Part shown: positions 16,655 to 26,528 of the stretch, one piece after another
How positions within the stretch are numbered: position 1 is the stretch's first letter
Layout of the letters: every line of letters begins with the position of its first letter
Source: a virus
Taxonomy: Duplodnaviria > Caudoviricetes
Length of the DNA stretch: 36,504 nucleotides
Virus record (IMG/VR): IMGVR_UViG_3300048848_000229
Location: 1 to 36,504 of that record
Direction: 5' to 3' (one strand)
Notes under the pieces: model-generated
Told to the model about the DNA's origin: nothing
The model's database searches: none
What the model saw: the letters and a program-made list of their open reading frames with translations, nothing else
Made by a program: the position numbers and the translations under genes

Positions 16655-17065
16655 ATGGCCGATCTCACCATCACTGCGGCGTCCGTCGTCGCCGACCCCA
16701 GCGCGTCGCGAACGTCCGGCCAAGCCGGCGAGGCAATCACCGCCGGCAAGGCCGTGTACCTGTCCTCGGCCACCAAGAAGTGGATGCTGGCCGACAGCAA
16801 TTCCGCCACTGCCGAGGCCAAGAAGGCAGGGGGCGTCGCTCTTAACGGCGCAGCGCTGAACCAGCCGCTCGCCGTCTGCACCGGCGGCCCGGTCACCATC
16901 GGCGCGACACTCGTTGCGGGCGACCCGTACTATCTCAGCGAGACGCCCGGCGGCATTCAGCCGGCGGCCGACCTCGGAGCAGGCGAGAATGTCTGCATGT
17001 TGGGCATGGCGGCGTCGGCGACCGTGCTGAATGTGGCGATCCAAGCGCCGGGCGTCACCAAGTAA
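16655..17065 (+). CDS. Small beta-rich virion protein (head fibre/cement-like)
   Basis: SD AGGAG; AGEAITAGKAVY...GVAL...YYLSETPGGI. Confidence 0.6.
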   Translation: MADLTITAASVVADPSASRTSGQAGEAITAGKAVYLSSATKKWMLADSNSATAEAKKAGGVALNGAALNQPLAVCTGGPVTIGATLVAGDPYYLSETPGGIQPAADLGAGENVCMLGMAASATVLNVAIQAPGVTK

Positions 17066-17067
17066 CC

Positions 17068-17409
17068 ATGGCGAGGGCGGGCGAGCTCAGCCATCGCATT
17101 GCCTGGGATCGTCCCGGGGATGTGGACGATGGCTTCGGCAATACGCAGGCGGGCTGGGTAGAGCAGTTCGTCACCTCCGCGAAGGTGGCGCCAAAGCTCG
17201 GCGGAGAGACCGTTCTCGCGGCTCGGCTGCAAAGCCAGAATACCGTGAACATCACGGTGCGGCAGAGCTCCCAGACAGTCCAAATCAAACCGGATTGGCG
17301 CGCCCGCGACGCGCGTGAGGGGACCGAATACGCCATCCGATCCATCATCGATCCCGACGATGGCGGCGCATGGCTCGAGCTGCTGTGCCAGTCCGGAACG
17401 CCATCGTGA
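17068..17409 (+). CDS. Head closure / head-tail adaptor
   Basis: RAGELSHRI...DDGFG...YAIRSI...WLELLC. Confidence 0.88.
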   Translation: MARAGELSHRIAWDRPGDVDDGFGNTQAGWVEQFVTSAKVAPKLGGETVLAARLQSQNTVNITVRQSSQTVQIKPDWRARDAREGTEYAIRSIIDPDDGGAWLELLCQSGTPS

Positions 17410-17639
17410 AAACTGTCACCATGACGACCAATTTCGATTACCGCCCGCGCTCTGGAGTCATCATCGCGTACCTCGCTGGCCGGACCTATCAGCGCGTTCC
17501 GGAAGCTGCGGTTGCTGCGATCGTCAAGGCGAAAACCGGAGGCATCCATGTCAAAGATCGAAGGCCGCGCAAGGCTGCTGGCGAAGATGGCAGCGCTGCC
17601 GGCCGAAGTCCGGTCGGCAATCAAGCAGGCGCTGGCTGA
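17406..17639 (+). CDS. Hypothetical neck-region protein
   Basis: GTGA-coupled start; FDYRP...AYLAG; 3' end overlaps the next gene. Confidence 0.5.
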   Translation: MKTVTMTTNFDYRPRSGVIIAYLAGRTYQRVPEAAVAAIVKAKTGGIHVKDRRPRKAAGEDGSAAGRSPVGNQAGAG

Positions 17640-18009
17640 GGGCGCTGACGAAATCACCGACATGCAGAAGCGCCTGGCGCCGGTGAAGTCCGGCGAGCTG
17701 CGCGACAGCATTAAGCAGACCTGGGGCGGCGGTCGCGAGCGGTACTCGTCCCTCAATGCGACTGGCGGCGCCGGCGATCCTGATCTGACCGTGCGTATCT
17801 CTGCTGGCAATACGAAGGTTCGCTACGCCCACCTAATCGAATTCGGAACGCGGCCGCACGTCAATGGCGGCAAGTTCGCTGGCACGCTGCATCCCGGGAC
17901 GCGCTCGCAGCCGTTCTTCTACCCCGCATATCGTGCGCTCAAAAAGCGCGTGAAGTCTCGCATCACAAGAGCGACGACCAAGGCAGCAAAGAAGGTGGCC
18001 AGCGAGTGA
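17548..18009 (+). CDS. HK97 gp10-like tail completion protein
   Basis: APVKSGELRDSI, YAHLIEFGT, QPFFYPA; SD GGAGG. Confidence 0.88.
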   Translation: MSKIEGRARLLAKMAALPAEVRSAIKQALAEGADEITDMQKRLAPVKSGELRDSIKQTWGGGRERYSSLNATGGAGDPDLTVRISAGNTKVRYAHLIEFGTRPHVNGGKFAGTLHPGTRSQPFFYPAYRALKKRVKSRITRATTKAAKKVASE

Positions 18010-18410
18010 CAAGCGTCTCTCTGGAACTGCAAGGCGCCATCATCGCCAGGCTCAAAGCCTATGCCCCTCTGTCCGCACTGGTCGGCGCGCGTGTTTATGA
18101 CGACGTGCCGAGTGACGCAGCGTTGCCTTACGTATCGCTGGGGCCCGATCAAGTCGTCTCCGATGATGCCGATTGCATCACCGGGTACGAGGTGACCATT
18201 CAAATTGATGCGTGGTCGATCACGAAGGGATTGCCAGAGGTCAAACGGGTCTCGGAAGAGGTGAGGGCCGCGCTGCACGGCTTTGACCTGCCTCTGTCAG
18301 CGAATGCACTGGTGTCGATTGAGCATCGCCAGACTCGCAATCTCAGAGATCCGGACGGCGTCACCAACCACGCAGCTGTCGAATTCGTCGCTTTCGTCGA
18401 ACAGCCCTAA
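18006..18410 (+). CDS. DUF3168 tail terminator
   Basis: LQGAI..RL...VGARVYDDVP...PYVSLG...DPDG..HA. Confidence 0.85.
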   Translation: MTSVSLELQGAIIARLKAYAPLSALVGARVYDDVPSDAALPYVSLGPDQVVSDDADCITGYEVTIQIDAWSITKGLPEVKRVSEEVRAALHGFDLPLSANALVSIEHRQTRNLRDPDGVTNHAAVEFVAFVEQP

Positions 18411-18428
18411 TTCAACCAGGAGGCCGCC

Positions 18429-18869
18429 ATGGCACCGCCCATCACTGCTCGTTTCGGTAAATTTCGCGTCCTGATCGGCGATGGTGCTGATCCGATCGTC
18501 TATACTGCGCCTTGCGGCTTCACTTCGAAGTCGCTGACGCTGACCAAGGACCTCACGGACGTCAATCTGCCCGATTGCGATGATCCTGACGCTGTGGCCT
18601 GGGTCGGCCGCGATGCCTCGAGCCTTTCGGCCTCGGTCTCCGGCGAGGGCGTGATGGCATCTCAGTCCGTCGAGACCTGGTTGGATGCCTGGGAAGATTC
18701 CGAGAGCGTTCCAGTGAAGATCGAAGTGGAGTTCCCCTCCAAGACAATCACATGGACGGGCCTGATGCACGTCGCGACCTTCACGGCCGGCGCCGAGCAA
18801 GGTGGTCGCGTCACCGCCAACGTCGAGCTCCAGAGCGATGGCGAACTGGTGCGGGCCGTTACGCCTTGA
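18429..18869 (+). CDS. Major tail tube protein
   Basis: SD AGGAGG; CGFTSKSLTL...DCDDPD...SVSGEG...ELQSDGE. Confidence 0.88.
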   Translation: MAPPITARFGKFRVLIGDGADPIVYTAPCGFTSKSLTLTKDLTDVNLPDCDDPDAVAWVGRDASSLSASVSGEGVMASQSVETWLDAWEDSESVPVKIEVEFPSKTITWTGLMHVATFTAGAEQGGRVTANVELQSDGELVRAVTP

Positions 18870-19288
18870 GCCGCAACGCGCTCCTCACACTCGACTGGGC
18901 AGACGGAACGTATGATTTCCGTCTGGGCTGGGGCGAGATCGCCATGCTTCAGGAAGCTTGCGACGCCGGTCCGTTCGTCATTCTTGCGCGTCTCGAAGAT
19001 CGAACCTGGCGGCTGGCAGAGATCAGCAACGTCATCCGCTGCGGCTTGATCGGCGGCGGCATGAAGCCCGCCGAGGCGATGACTAAGGTCCGGACCTACG
19101 TCGAGGCCCGGCCGCCGATCGAAAACCTTCTGGTGGCCTGCGTCATCATGAAGGCTGGCATCTTCGGCGCGCCCGAGGAGCAGATCGAAAAAAAATCAGG
19201 AGCTCCGAATCCGGAGGAGAGCGCATCGACGACCTCCCCAACGGAAAGATCCGGTTCGGAGCCGTCTACGGGTCCGGCGGCAGCTTAG
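18866..19288 (+). CDS. Tail assembly chaperone G (GTA gp10-like)
   Basis: TTGA-coupled start; WADGTYDFRL...LQEACDAGP...GLIGGGM; lies between tube and TMP. Confidence 0.8.
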   Translation: MSRNALLTLDWADGTYDFRLGWGEIAMLQEACDAGPFVILARLEDRTWRLAEISNVIRCGLIGGGMKPAEAMTKVRTYVEARPPIENLLVACVIMKAGIFGAPEEQIEKKSGAPNPEESASTTSPTERSGSEPSTGPAAA

Positions 19289-19422
19289 GTTTCTCGCCGC
19301 AGCAGATCGACGCCATGTCGATGTGGCAGTTCTTCGCTCTGTTCGCCACGAAATCGAACGGCAGCGGACTATCCGGCCAAGAGGCCGACGATATCTGGGA
19401 CTGGCTGCAGACCAGCCCATGA
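19187..19422 (+). CDS. Tail chaperone T segment expressed as a G-T fusion by -1 ribosomal frameshift
   Basis: GAA AAA AAA slippery site at 19187-19195. The -1 frame is open to TGA at 19420-19422 and encodes ...GFSPQQIDAMSMWQFFAL.... Confidence 0.8.
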
Positions 19423-19440
19423 GCGCACCAAGGATTTTCT

Positions 19441-21447
19441 ATGGCAACCGACCTTGAGCGCCTCGTCGTCTCCCTGGAGGCGAACGTCAAGAAGTTTGAA
19501 ACAGAACTTCGGCGCGGTCGTAAGACCACTGAAGACGAACTGGATGGAATTGAAAAGAAGTTCAGTTCTACGGGGAAGGGCGTAGCAGCTGCTACTTCGA
19601 ATATTGCAGCGCAGTTTCAAGACATTGCCGTCTCGTTCCAAGGCGGACAGAATCCATTTACGGTCGCCCTGCAGCAGGGCACTCAGATATCGGCTGTGCT
19701 TGGTCAGCGCGGTGCAGCAGGGGCTGCCGAGCTTTTTAAAGGCGCCATTCAGTCTGTTGCGAGCCCATTAAGCCTTGCGACGATCGGCATCATCGCTCTG
19801 GGTGGTGTAGCATTTGAGTATTTCTCCAAAATAGGCGGAGACGTTAAGACGCTGGACGACTTGCTCGATGAGCACGACAAGACCATCAAGGCGCTGGTCG
19901 AGTCCTACGGTAGCGTTGGCAAGGGAATCGACACTTCGCCTATCAAGGAAAGCACGGCAGTCGCTGAAAGCCTCGTCCGCGAGAACGTTCGCGCGCTGCA
20001 GAAGGAATACAAGGGTCTTTCGGATAGCATCGTTGCGTCGCTGACGGTCTACACCCAGTTGGGTGACGCGGCCGGCATCTTCACCGAGGAAACGGCTCCG
20101 AAGTTCAAAACATTTGCGGCTGCGATTGATGCATTTCGAGAAAGCGCTCGAAATGGGGCGCCGGATGTGCGCGCGTTGCGGACGGCGATCTCAGAAATCG
20201 AACGAACCACGACGGACGCAAAAGTGCGGCAGCTCGCAAATGAGCTCCTGACACTTACCGGGAAAGCGGGTGACGCCGACACCGCGCTGCGAAGCATTGA
20301 GCGAACCGTTGGAGCGCTGGGCCAGGCGGTGGGTGGCCAAGCCGAACAATTCAAAAAGTTCGGCGAGGCAATTGCTGAACTTTCTAAGATGAGCCTACCG
20401 AAGCTCGATGATCGAGGAAAGGTTCAGGAGGCCTATAACCGCGCGCTGGAAAACGCCACTGGCATCGAAGAGCGCCGTGCTGCTGCTGCTGCACGCGACG
20501 GCGCACTTCGTAAGATCTCGAACGATGAAGCCAAGAAAGCTGCCGAGGATGCAGAAAGAGATGCGGCGCGGGCGGCCTCTAGGGCCGCTAGCAAGGCTGC
20601 GTCCGATAAGAAGTCGTTTGAGAACAGCCAAGAGAACGTCCGCAAATCAACAGAGATGCTTCAGCTCGAGTTCGATTTAGTCGGAAAGACTGCGCAAGAG
20701 CGCGATAAGGCTCGTATGACCATCGAGCTAGAAAGCGCCGCTCGCAAGACCAATCAGCTCGAAATCGCTGGGACCAAAGAGAAAATTGATGAGCTTGCGA
20801 CGGCCTACGCAGCCGCTGCGGAGCGTGCCAGGCAGGCTAACGGGCCATTGGGGGCGTTTGCACGATCGGCTGCGGACACGGGCCGCAACCTTCAAGAGGC
20901 TGCTGTCAGCGGGTTACACTCTCTGGAAGACGCGTTCCTTGGCATCATCAACGGTTCCGTGAGTGCGAAAGATGCTTTCAAAACCATGGCGGATGCGATT
21001 ATCGCGGATCTAGCGCGGATCGCTATCAGGCAAGCAATCACTGGGCCAATTGCGAGCGCTCTTGGCGGCGCATTCAGCGGCGGTGGTGAATTGCCGGGGT
21101 TCGGAACATCTTCGTTCGTGGGGCCCTTGCCGGGACGTGCTTCGGGCGGTCCCGTCAACGCCGGGCAGGCCTACATGGTAGGCGAGACAGGCCGTGAGAT
21201 GTTTGTGCCTAACCAGAACGGCATGATCATCCCTTCATCTCGATCGGGCTCCAAGGGTGGTGGCGGTGTGACGGTAAACCTTATCGAAGATGCGAGCCGG
21301 GCGGGGCAGACAAAAAAGTCGGACAACGGTTCTGGCGGCTTTGATCTCACGGTCTATGTCGACTCCATCACCGCAAAGAATGCAGCAAACCCGGGAAGCG
21401 CCACCAGCCAAGTGCTGGCTCAGCGCGGTCGCCTGGCATCGAGGTGA
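19441..21447 (+). CDS. Tape measure protein (668 aa)
   Basis: ERLVVSLEA N-terminus, AQFQDIAV...LQQGTQ lambda-TMP-like segment, C-terminal RASGGPV...VGETGRE. Confidence 0.92.
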   Translation: MATDLERLVVSLEANVKKFETELRRGRKTTEDELDGIEKKFSSTGKGVAAATSNIAAQFQDIAVSFQGGQNPFTVALQQGTQISAVLGQRGAAGAAELFKGAIQSVASPLSLATIGIIALGGVAFEYFSKIGGDVKTLDDLLDEHDKTIKALVESYGSVGKGIDTSPIKESTAVAESLVRENVRALQKEYKGLSDSIVASLTVYTQLGDAAGIFTEETAPKFKTFAAAIDAFRESARNGAPDVRALRTAISEIERTTTDAKVRQLANELLTLTGKAGDADTALRSIERTVGALGQAVGGQAEQFKKFGEAIAELSKMSLPKLDDRGKVQEAYNRALENATGIEERRAAAAARDGALRKISNDEAKKAAEDAERDAARAASRAASKAASDKKSFENSQENVRKSTEMLQLEFDLVGKTAQERDKARMTIELESAARKTNQLEIAGTKEKIDELATAYAAAAERARQANGPLGAFARSAADTGRNLQEAAVSGLHSLEDAFLGIINGSVSAKDAFKTMADAIIADLARIAIRQAITGPIASALGGAFSGGGELPGFGTSSFVGPLPGRASGGPVNAGQAYMVGETGREMFVPNQNGMIIPSSRSGSKGGGGVTVNLIEDASRAGQTKKSDNGSGGFDLTVYVDSITAKNAANPGSATSQVLAQRGRLASR

Positions 21448-21450
21448 TCC

Positions 21451-21810
21451 GTGGTTGATGCTTGGCCATCCGAATTGCCTCAGTGCTTCATCGTCGGCTT
21501 TAACGAGGGCGAGGGGGATGGGCTAATCGAATACAAGCCCGACACGGGGCCTTCGATTTCGCGACTGCGATCAAGTGCGTCGGTTCGCCCCCTTTCGGGG
21601 CAGATGAGGCTGACGCGCGCGCAGATCGCCATCTTGCGGAATTTTTACAAAGCCACGCTCATCGGTGGTGCGTTGCCGTTCGAATTCCCTGACCCGACCG
21701 TCATAGGCGAGGTTTTGCTGGTTCGGTTTCCGAAGGGAAGCCAGCCTGCGTGGCAGCAGGTCACTGGCGGAATCTTCCGAGCGAACTTGAACTTTGAGGT
21801 TCTACCGTGA
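21451..21810 (+). CDS. Distal tail protein (lambda gpM/Dit position)
   Basis: WPSELP...GP..R.R...FY..TL.GGALPF..PDP; follows the TMP. Confidence 0.7.
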   Translation: MVDAWPSELPQCFIVGFNEGEGDGLIEYKPDTGPSISRLRSSASVRPLSGQMRLTRAQIAILRNFYKATLIGGALPFEFPDPTVIGEVLLVRFPKGSQPAWQQVTGGIFRANLNFEVLP

Positions 21811-22310
21811 GGGTATTGTCGCTCAATTTCCGTGAAGCGATATTCGGACAGGCCTCCGGCGAGGTGCCGATCTTTCTGCTGACGATCACTCATCCGGATC
21901 TGGCAGAGCCGATTTATCTGACTACGGATGCGACTGAGCGGCTGGGCACGGATCCGCTACGATACGGCACAATCAGCCGCGGCGTTACCTATCTGTATGC
22001 TGGCATCGATGTCACGATCCCAGATGAGCAGGATAAGTCGCCGCCAGCGTCGAAGTTGACCATTGCGAATGTCACCCGCGACCTGGTGCCTTTGGCCCGG
22101 TCTGTGAATTCCCCGCCGTCCGTCAAAATCGAAGCGGTACTGGCCTCCGAGCCCGATGCTGTCGAGATGAACTGGCCCGCGCTCGATATGTCGAACCTGA
22201 CCTATGACGCCGCTGCTCTGCAGTTCGATCTGACCATGGATGCGCTGGTGACGGAGCCTTTCCCGAGCGGATCTTTCAGCCCCGCGTACTTCCCGGGCCT
22301 TTTTATCTGA
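21807..22310 (+). CDS. DUF1833-like tail tip protein
   Basis: LLTITHPDL...LTIANV...VLASEPD...FSPAYFPGLF. Confidence 0.8.
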   Translation: MRVLSLNFREAIFGQASGEVPIFLLTITHPDLAEPIYLTTDATERLGTDPLRYGTISRGVTYLYAGIDVTIPDEQDKSPPASKLTIANVTRDLVPLARSVNSPPSVKIEAVLASEPDAVEMNWPALDMSNLTYDAAALQFDLTMDALVTEPFPSGSFSPAYFPGLFI

Positions 22311-22705
22311 TGTTCGATCAATTTGTCGGCCTCGACTATGCCGACAAGGGCAGGGGGCCGGCATACGATTGCTGGGGCCTGCTTGTGGCCGTGATGCGTG
22401 ATCTGCGCGGCGTTGAGTTGCCATCCTATTCCGATCAATACGTCACCGCTGATGACCGCAGAGCGCTGGCGTCCCTGATCGCTGACGAGCTCGATCCTTG
22501 GGACGAGATTGTCGCCGGGCAGGAGCAGGCCTTCGATGCCGTGCTGATGCGCGAGGGCCGCTTCCCGCGACACGTCGGCATCGTCACCGAGCCGGGCCGG
22601 CTGCTGCACATTTCTTCCGGCGAGACCAGCATGATTGAACGCTATCGCGAGGGCCCGCTCAAGCACCGGGTCGTGGGCTTCTATCGGTATCGAGACCATG
22701 AATGA
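22310..22705 (+). CDS. NlpC/P60-family tail tip assembly protein (gpK-like)
   Basis: DCWGL...HVGI...LLH catalytic pattern. Confidence 0.88.
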   Translation: MFDQFVGLDYADKGRGPAYDCWGLLVAVMRDLRGVELPSYSDQYVTADDRRALASLIADELDPWDEIVAGQEQAFDAVLMREGRFPRHVGIVTEPGRLLHISSGETSMIERYREGPLKHRVVGFYRYRDHE

Positions 22706-25700
22706 ACGCTCTCATCAAAGCACCTTTGGTCGGCGAAGTTCTGGCGCCGGATACATCTGTCCGCGCCATCGGCAGAACGCATCCACTTAATGGATCACGT
22801 ATCGAATGCCGCGTTCGAGCTGGCCTCTCGATAACTGAGATACTAATCGAGGCGATGGCCTTTCAGCCAGGTGCTGTGCTACGCCGCGATTTTGTCGTTC
22901 ATGTCGACGGGCATGTCATCGAAGAGCGATACTGGTCTCGCGTTAGGTTGAAGGCTGGCACCACTGTCACCTTCACCCCGCGGTTACAGAACAGCAATCT
23001 TTGGCGCACGGTCCTTTCGGCTATTGTCGTCGTTGCAGCGCTTGTTTTCGCTGGTCCGTTAGCCGGTGTTTTGGGAGTTGCTGGCGCCATTGGTGTGTCG
23101 GCTGCGACAGCAACAGCGCTTGTTTCTGCTGGTATCATCCTAGCTGGCACTTTGGCTCTCAACGCGCTATTTCCCGTTCGGCCGCCGGATGCGATCTCGG
23201 ACGCGACTGCGGGAGGTGCCCCTAATTCGATCCAAGGGGCGCAAAACCAGTCGGCGCCTTTCGGCCCTATCCCTGTTGTGCTGGGACGCCACAGGCAGTC
23301 TCCATTTTATGCGGCTCGTCCGTACACGGAACTGGTCGGAAGCGATCAGTATCTAAGGCTCCTGTTCTGTTGGGGCTATGGTCCGATGGACGTCACGGAG
23401 ATGCAGATCGGGGACACTCCGATTTCGTCGTTCTCTGATGTCGAGATTCAGCAAAGGGTTGGCTATTCGTGGGAAGCGCCGATCTCGCTTTACCCAGGCA
23501 CGGTCGATGAGCAGGCTCTGTCGGTCGAGTTAAAGTCGCCTGAGAGTTGGCAGTACCGGACCTCCGCCGATGACGTTGATGAGCTATCTCTCGACTTTGC
23601 AGCGCCTGAAGGCGTTTTCGTTGTCAATGAAGAGACGGGTGAGTTTGACGCTTACACCGTCCGCATCGATATTGAGTACCGACCTGTCGGCACCGTACCG
23701 TTCAATCCGTTTGCAACCCTCGTTTTCGGCCGATCGACGCAGCTTTCCCGGCTTGGCGCGCGATCACCTGTGGCGCGGGGGCAGTACGAAGTTCGCGTCC
23801 GCAAGGTCACCGACGATTCCAACAGCGACAAAGTCAAGGAAAAGGTCATCTGGACTGCGCTTCGCTCGATCAAGTCGGCGCCGCCCATTTCCTTTCCCAA
23901 GCCGCTTTGTCTGACTGCCATCCGGATCAAGGCGACCGGTCAGCTGAACGGCGTGATCGACACGCTCAACGGGATATGTACGTCGCTGGTGAGTGCATTC
24001 GATGGCGCTGCGTGGCAGCCGAACAGTGCGTCTCAGTCACCGCCGGATCTGTTCCGGCTGGTCCTGCAGGGGCCTGCTAATGCGCGGCCTGTTCCTGACA
24101 GCCAGATCGATATCGGCAATCTGCAAGAGTGGTGGAGCTATTGCAGGACGAAGGGCTTCAAATTCAATCAGATCGTGAGCACAGTCGGTTCGGTCTACGA
24201 TAAGATTGCAGATATCGCAGCTGCCGGCCGCGCCGTCCCAACGTTTATCGACGGGCGGTGGGGGGTGATCTGGGATAAACCGAACGATACGCCAGTCCAG
24301 CACTTCACGCCGAGAAACTCTTGGGGGTTCCAGGGGCAACGCACGTATGCGCAGCAGCCACACGGATGGCGCGTCAGCTTCGTCAACGAGAAGAATGGGT
24401 TCACGGCTGACGAACGCATTGTCTATGACGACGGGTACAATGAATCCAATGCCTCGCTCTTCGAGGGCATCCAGTTTCCAGGAGTGACGGATCCTGACCT
24501 GATCTGGATGCATGGGCGCTTCCATATCGCTCAGAGCCGGCTTCGACCCGAGAAGATATCGCTGAATGTTGGCTGGGAGCATCTGGTCTGCACGCGAGGC
24601 GATAGAGTCCATGTCACGCATGATGTGATGCTGGTCGGCCTGGCATCCGGCCGCGTAAAGGCGGTTGATGATCAGACGGTCATCTTCGACGAGGTCGTGA
24701 CGATCGAGGGTGGGAAAACATATGGGTTTCAGTTTCGAGTTCCCGAAGACGCAAGATCAATCCAGCGCGCCGTAGATCCGGCAACGCCTGAAGGTGAATA
24801 TTCGAGCCTGGCGCTGCTTGGCGACATAAGCCTTGTGCGGCCGGGCACGCTATTCGGATTTGGCGAGACCGACCAGGAGTCGGCTCTGTATCGGGTGCAG
24901 AGCATCGCGCACCAGAAGGACCTGATCGCCACCCTTACCCTTGTCGATGACGCTCCGGAAATCTCCATTGCAGATCAGGGAGCCATTCCGGATTACAGCC
25001 CTCACGTCTCGATCCCGCCAGATCCGTTCACCCTCGCTCCGCAGGACTTCCGATATCTGGAGGCGGTCGATGGCCAGGGGAATTCAGTACGCGCCATTAT
25101 TCGGCTGTCATGGACGGCGGCGCGTAGAGGGAAAATAGCTTCGTCGGAAGTTCAGATCGCGAGTGGGGATGCTGACTGGCAGCCTCTGGACGTTCTACCG
25201 TACCCGCAATTCTCGATCGATGTGCCACTCGAAGCGCCCGGTGTTTGGAGCTATCGCGTCAGGTTCCTGTTCGATGACGGGACGTTTTCAAGGTGGGTCT
25301 CGCTCACCAATCTAACCCTGCTGGGCCTCTCCGCGGCGCCGGCTGACGTCCAAAATCCGCGCGCTGCGGCATACGTTGACAACACCACTTCGCTCGCATG
25401 GGACGAAGTGATCGATTACCGCCCGATCCGTTACGCTATCCGAAAGGGGGACAGTTGGGAGTCCGGTCTGGAGCTGGGGACCATTGCTCACCCGCCGTTC
25501 GCTGCGCATGGCAACGGCTCCTATCTGATCAAGGCTTATTCAGGTCCGGATTCGGCGCGGGCCTACAGCGTCAATGCCGCGCGCGTCGAAATCGAGGGAG
25601 CGACCCTTGTCAAAAATGTCATTGCCGTTCGTGACGAGAAAGCCGACGGCTGGAACGGTGTCTTCACGGGGACGGTTGCTAAGTCCGGTACGCTTATCCG

Positions 25701-26508
25701 AACGGGCGGCTCCAGCGATTTCCTTTCGTCTCCGGACGTGCTGGCCGAAACCGATATTCTGAACAAGGGCGGCCAGGGCGACGGTACCTATGAGATCCAC
25801 CCGAGCCGTTATATCGACGCTCGCCGAGCGACTGCGTGCCGGGTTACTGTCACTTGGAAGGGTACTGGCCAGACATCGACCGACGACATGCTGTCGAACC
25901 CGGATATCCTCAACAATCCCGATTTCCTGGCTGCAGGATCGACGGACCTTGTCGAGGTCTATCCCGAGATTGCGGTCGCTCAGAACGATCTGGTTGGCGA
26001 CGTGTTTGCGCTCGATCCAAGCGAGAATCCCGGTAACGACATCTTCGCCGAGCCGGACGTGTTCAGTTCGGATGTCTCGTTTGGGCCGTGGATCAAGTAT
26101 GAGCCAGGGCTCTATGTCGGCCGCTATTTCCGGGCACGCATGGTGCTCAAGACCCGTGATCCTCAGGTTACGGCAATCGCTCTCGAGTTCACGTTCAGCG
26201 TGGATGTACCGGATCGCTTGGACACATGGGCCATCATAGGGGGCGTCGGGACCTCTCTGAATGGCTTGACCGTTCCTGCATCCGGTCTCGCGATCGTGTT
26301 CGCGTCGAACGGGAAGAGCATTGCCGAGCCGTTTAACGGCGGTCCGAACACTGATGATTTCCCGCTTATCCAGATCACCAATACCTCATCATCCAATTTC
26401 GATTTTGAAGTTCAGAACTTGACCAAGAGCGGTTGCACCATTGTCCCGCGGCTGGCGGGAACGCCGACCGACGCGCCGAAGACAAATATCACCATCCAAG
26501 GCTGGTAG
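22702..26508 (+). CDS. Central tail fibre / host-specificity protein J (gpI-like N-terminus fused to gpJ-like body)
   Basis: Ubiquitin-like N-terminus plus a hydrophobic segment, PIPVVLG, GQYEVRVRK, GDRVHVTHD, FN3-like repeats, GRYFRAR. Confidence 0.9.
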   Translation: MNALIKAPLVGEVLAPDTSVRAIGRTHPLNGSRIECRVRAGLSITEILIEAMAFQPGAVLRRDFVVHVDGHVIEERYWSRVRLKAGTTVTFTPRLQNSNLWRTVLSAIVVVAALVFAGPLAGVLGVAGAIGVSAATATALVSAGIILAGTLALNALFPVRPPDAISDATAGGAPNSIQGAQNQSAPFGPIPVVLGRHRQSPFYAARPYTELVGSDQYLRLLFCWGYGPMDVTEMQIGDTPISSFSDVEIQQRVGYSWEAPISLYPGTVDEQALSVELKSPESWQYRTSADDVDELSLDFAAPEGVFVVNEETGEFDAYTVRIDIEYRPVGTVPFNPFATLVFGRSTQLSRLGARSPVARGQYEVRVRKVTDDSNSDKVKEKVIWTALRSIKSAPPISFPKPLCLTAIRIKATGQLNGVIDTLNGICTSLVSAFDGAAWQPNSASQSPPDLFRLVLQGPANARPVPDSQIDIGNLQEWWSYCRTKGFKFNQIVSTVGSVYDKIADIAAAGRAVPTFIDGRWGVIWDKPNDTPVQHFTPRNSWGFQGQRTYAQQPHGWRVSFVNEKNGFTADERIVYDDGYNESNASLFEGIQFPGVTDPDLIWMHGRFHIAQSRLRPEKISLNVGWEHLVCTRGDRVHVTHDVMLVGLASGRVKAVDDQTVIFDEVVTIEGGKTYGFQFRVPEDARSIQRAVDPATPEGEYSSLALLGDISLVRPGTLFGFGETDQESALYRVQSIAHQKDLIATLTLVDDAPEISIADQGAIPDYSPHVSIPPDPFTLAPQDFRYLEAVDGQGNSVRAIIRLSWTAARRGKIASSEVQIASGDADWQPLDVLPYPQFSIDVPLEAPGVWSYRVRFLFDDGTFSRWVSLTNLTLLGLSAAPADVQNPRAAAYVDNTTSLAWDEVIDYRPIRYAIRKGDSWESGLELGTIAHPPFAAHGNGSYLIKAYSGPDSARAYSVNAARVEIEGATLVKNVIAVRDEKADGWNGVFTGTVAKSGTLIRTGGSSDFLSSPDVLAETDILNKGGQGDGTYEIHPSRYIDARRATACRVTVTWKGTGQTSTDDMLSNPDILNNPDFLAAGSTDLVEVYPEIAVAQNDLVGDVFALDPSENPGNDIFAEPDVFSSDVSFGPWIKYEPGLYVGRYFRARMVLKTRDPQVTAIALEFTFSVDVPDRLDTWAIIGGVGTSLNGLTVPASGLAIVFASNGKSIAEPFNGGPNTDDFPLIQITNTSSSNFDFEVQNLTKSGCTIVPRLAGTPTDAPKTNITIQGW

Positions 26509-26528
26509 CCTTCACGAGGATCATCCCA

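Noticed and set aside
26433-26528. Upstream TTG/GTG starts given for the fibres (26433, 28001) and other genes (12137, 14137, 16014, 18752)
   Set aside because: They overlap upstream genes; downstream starts have SD sequences or stop-start coupling.
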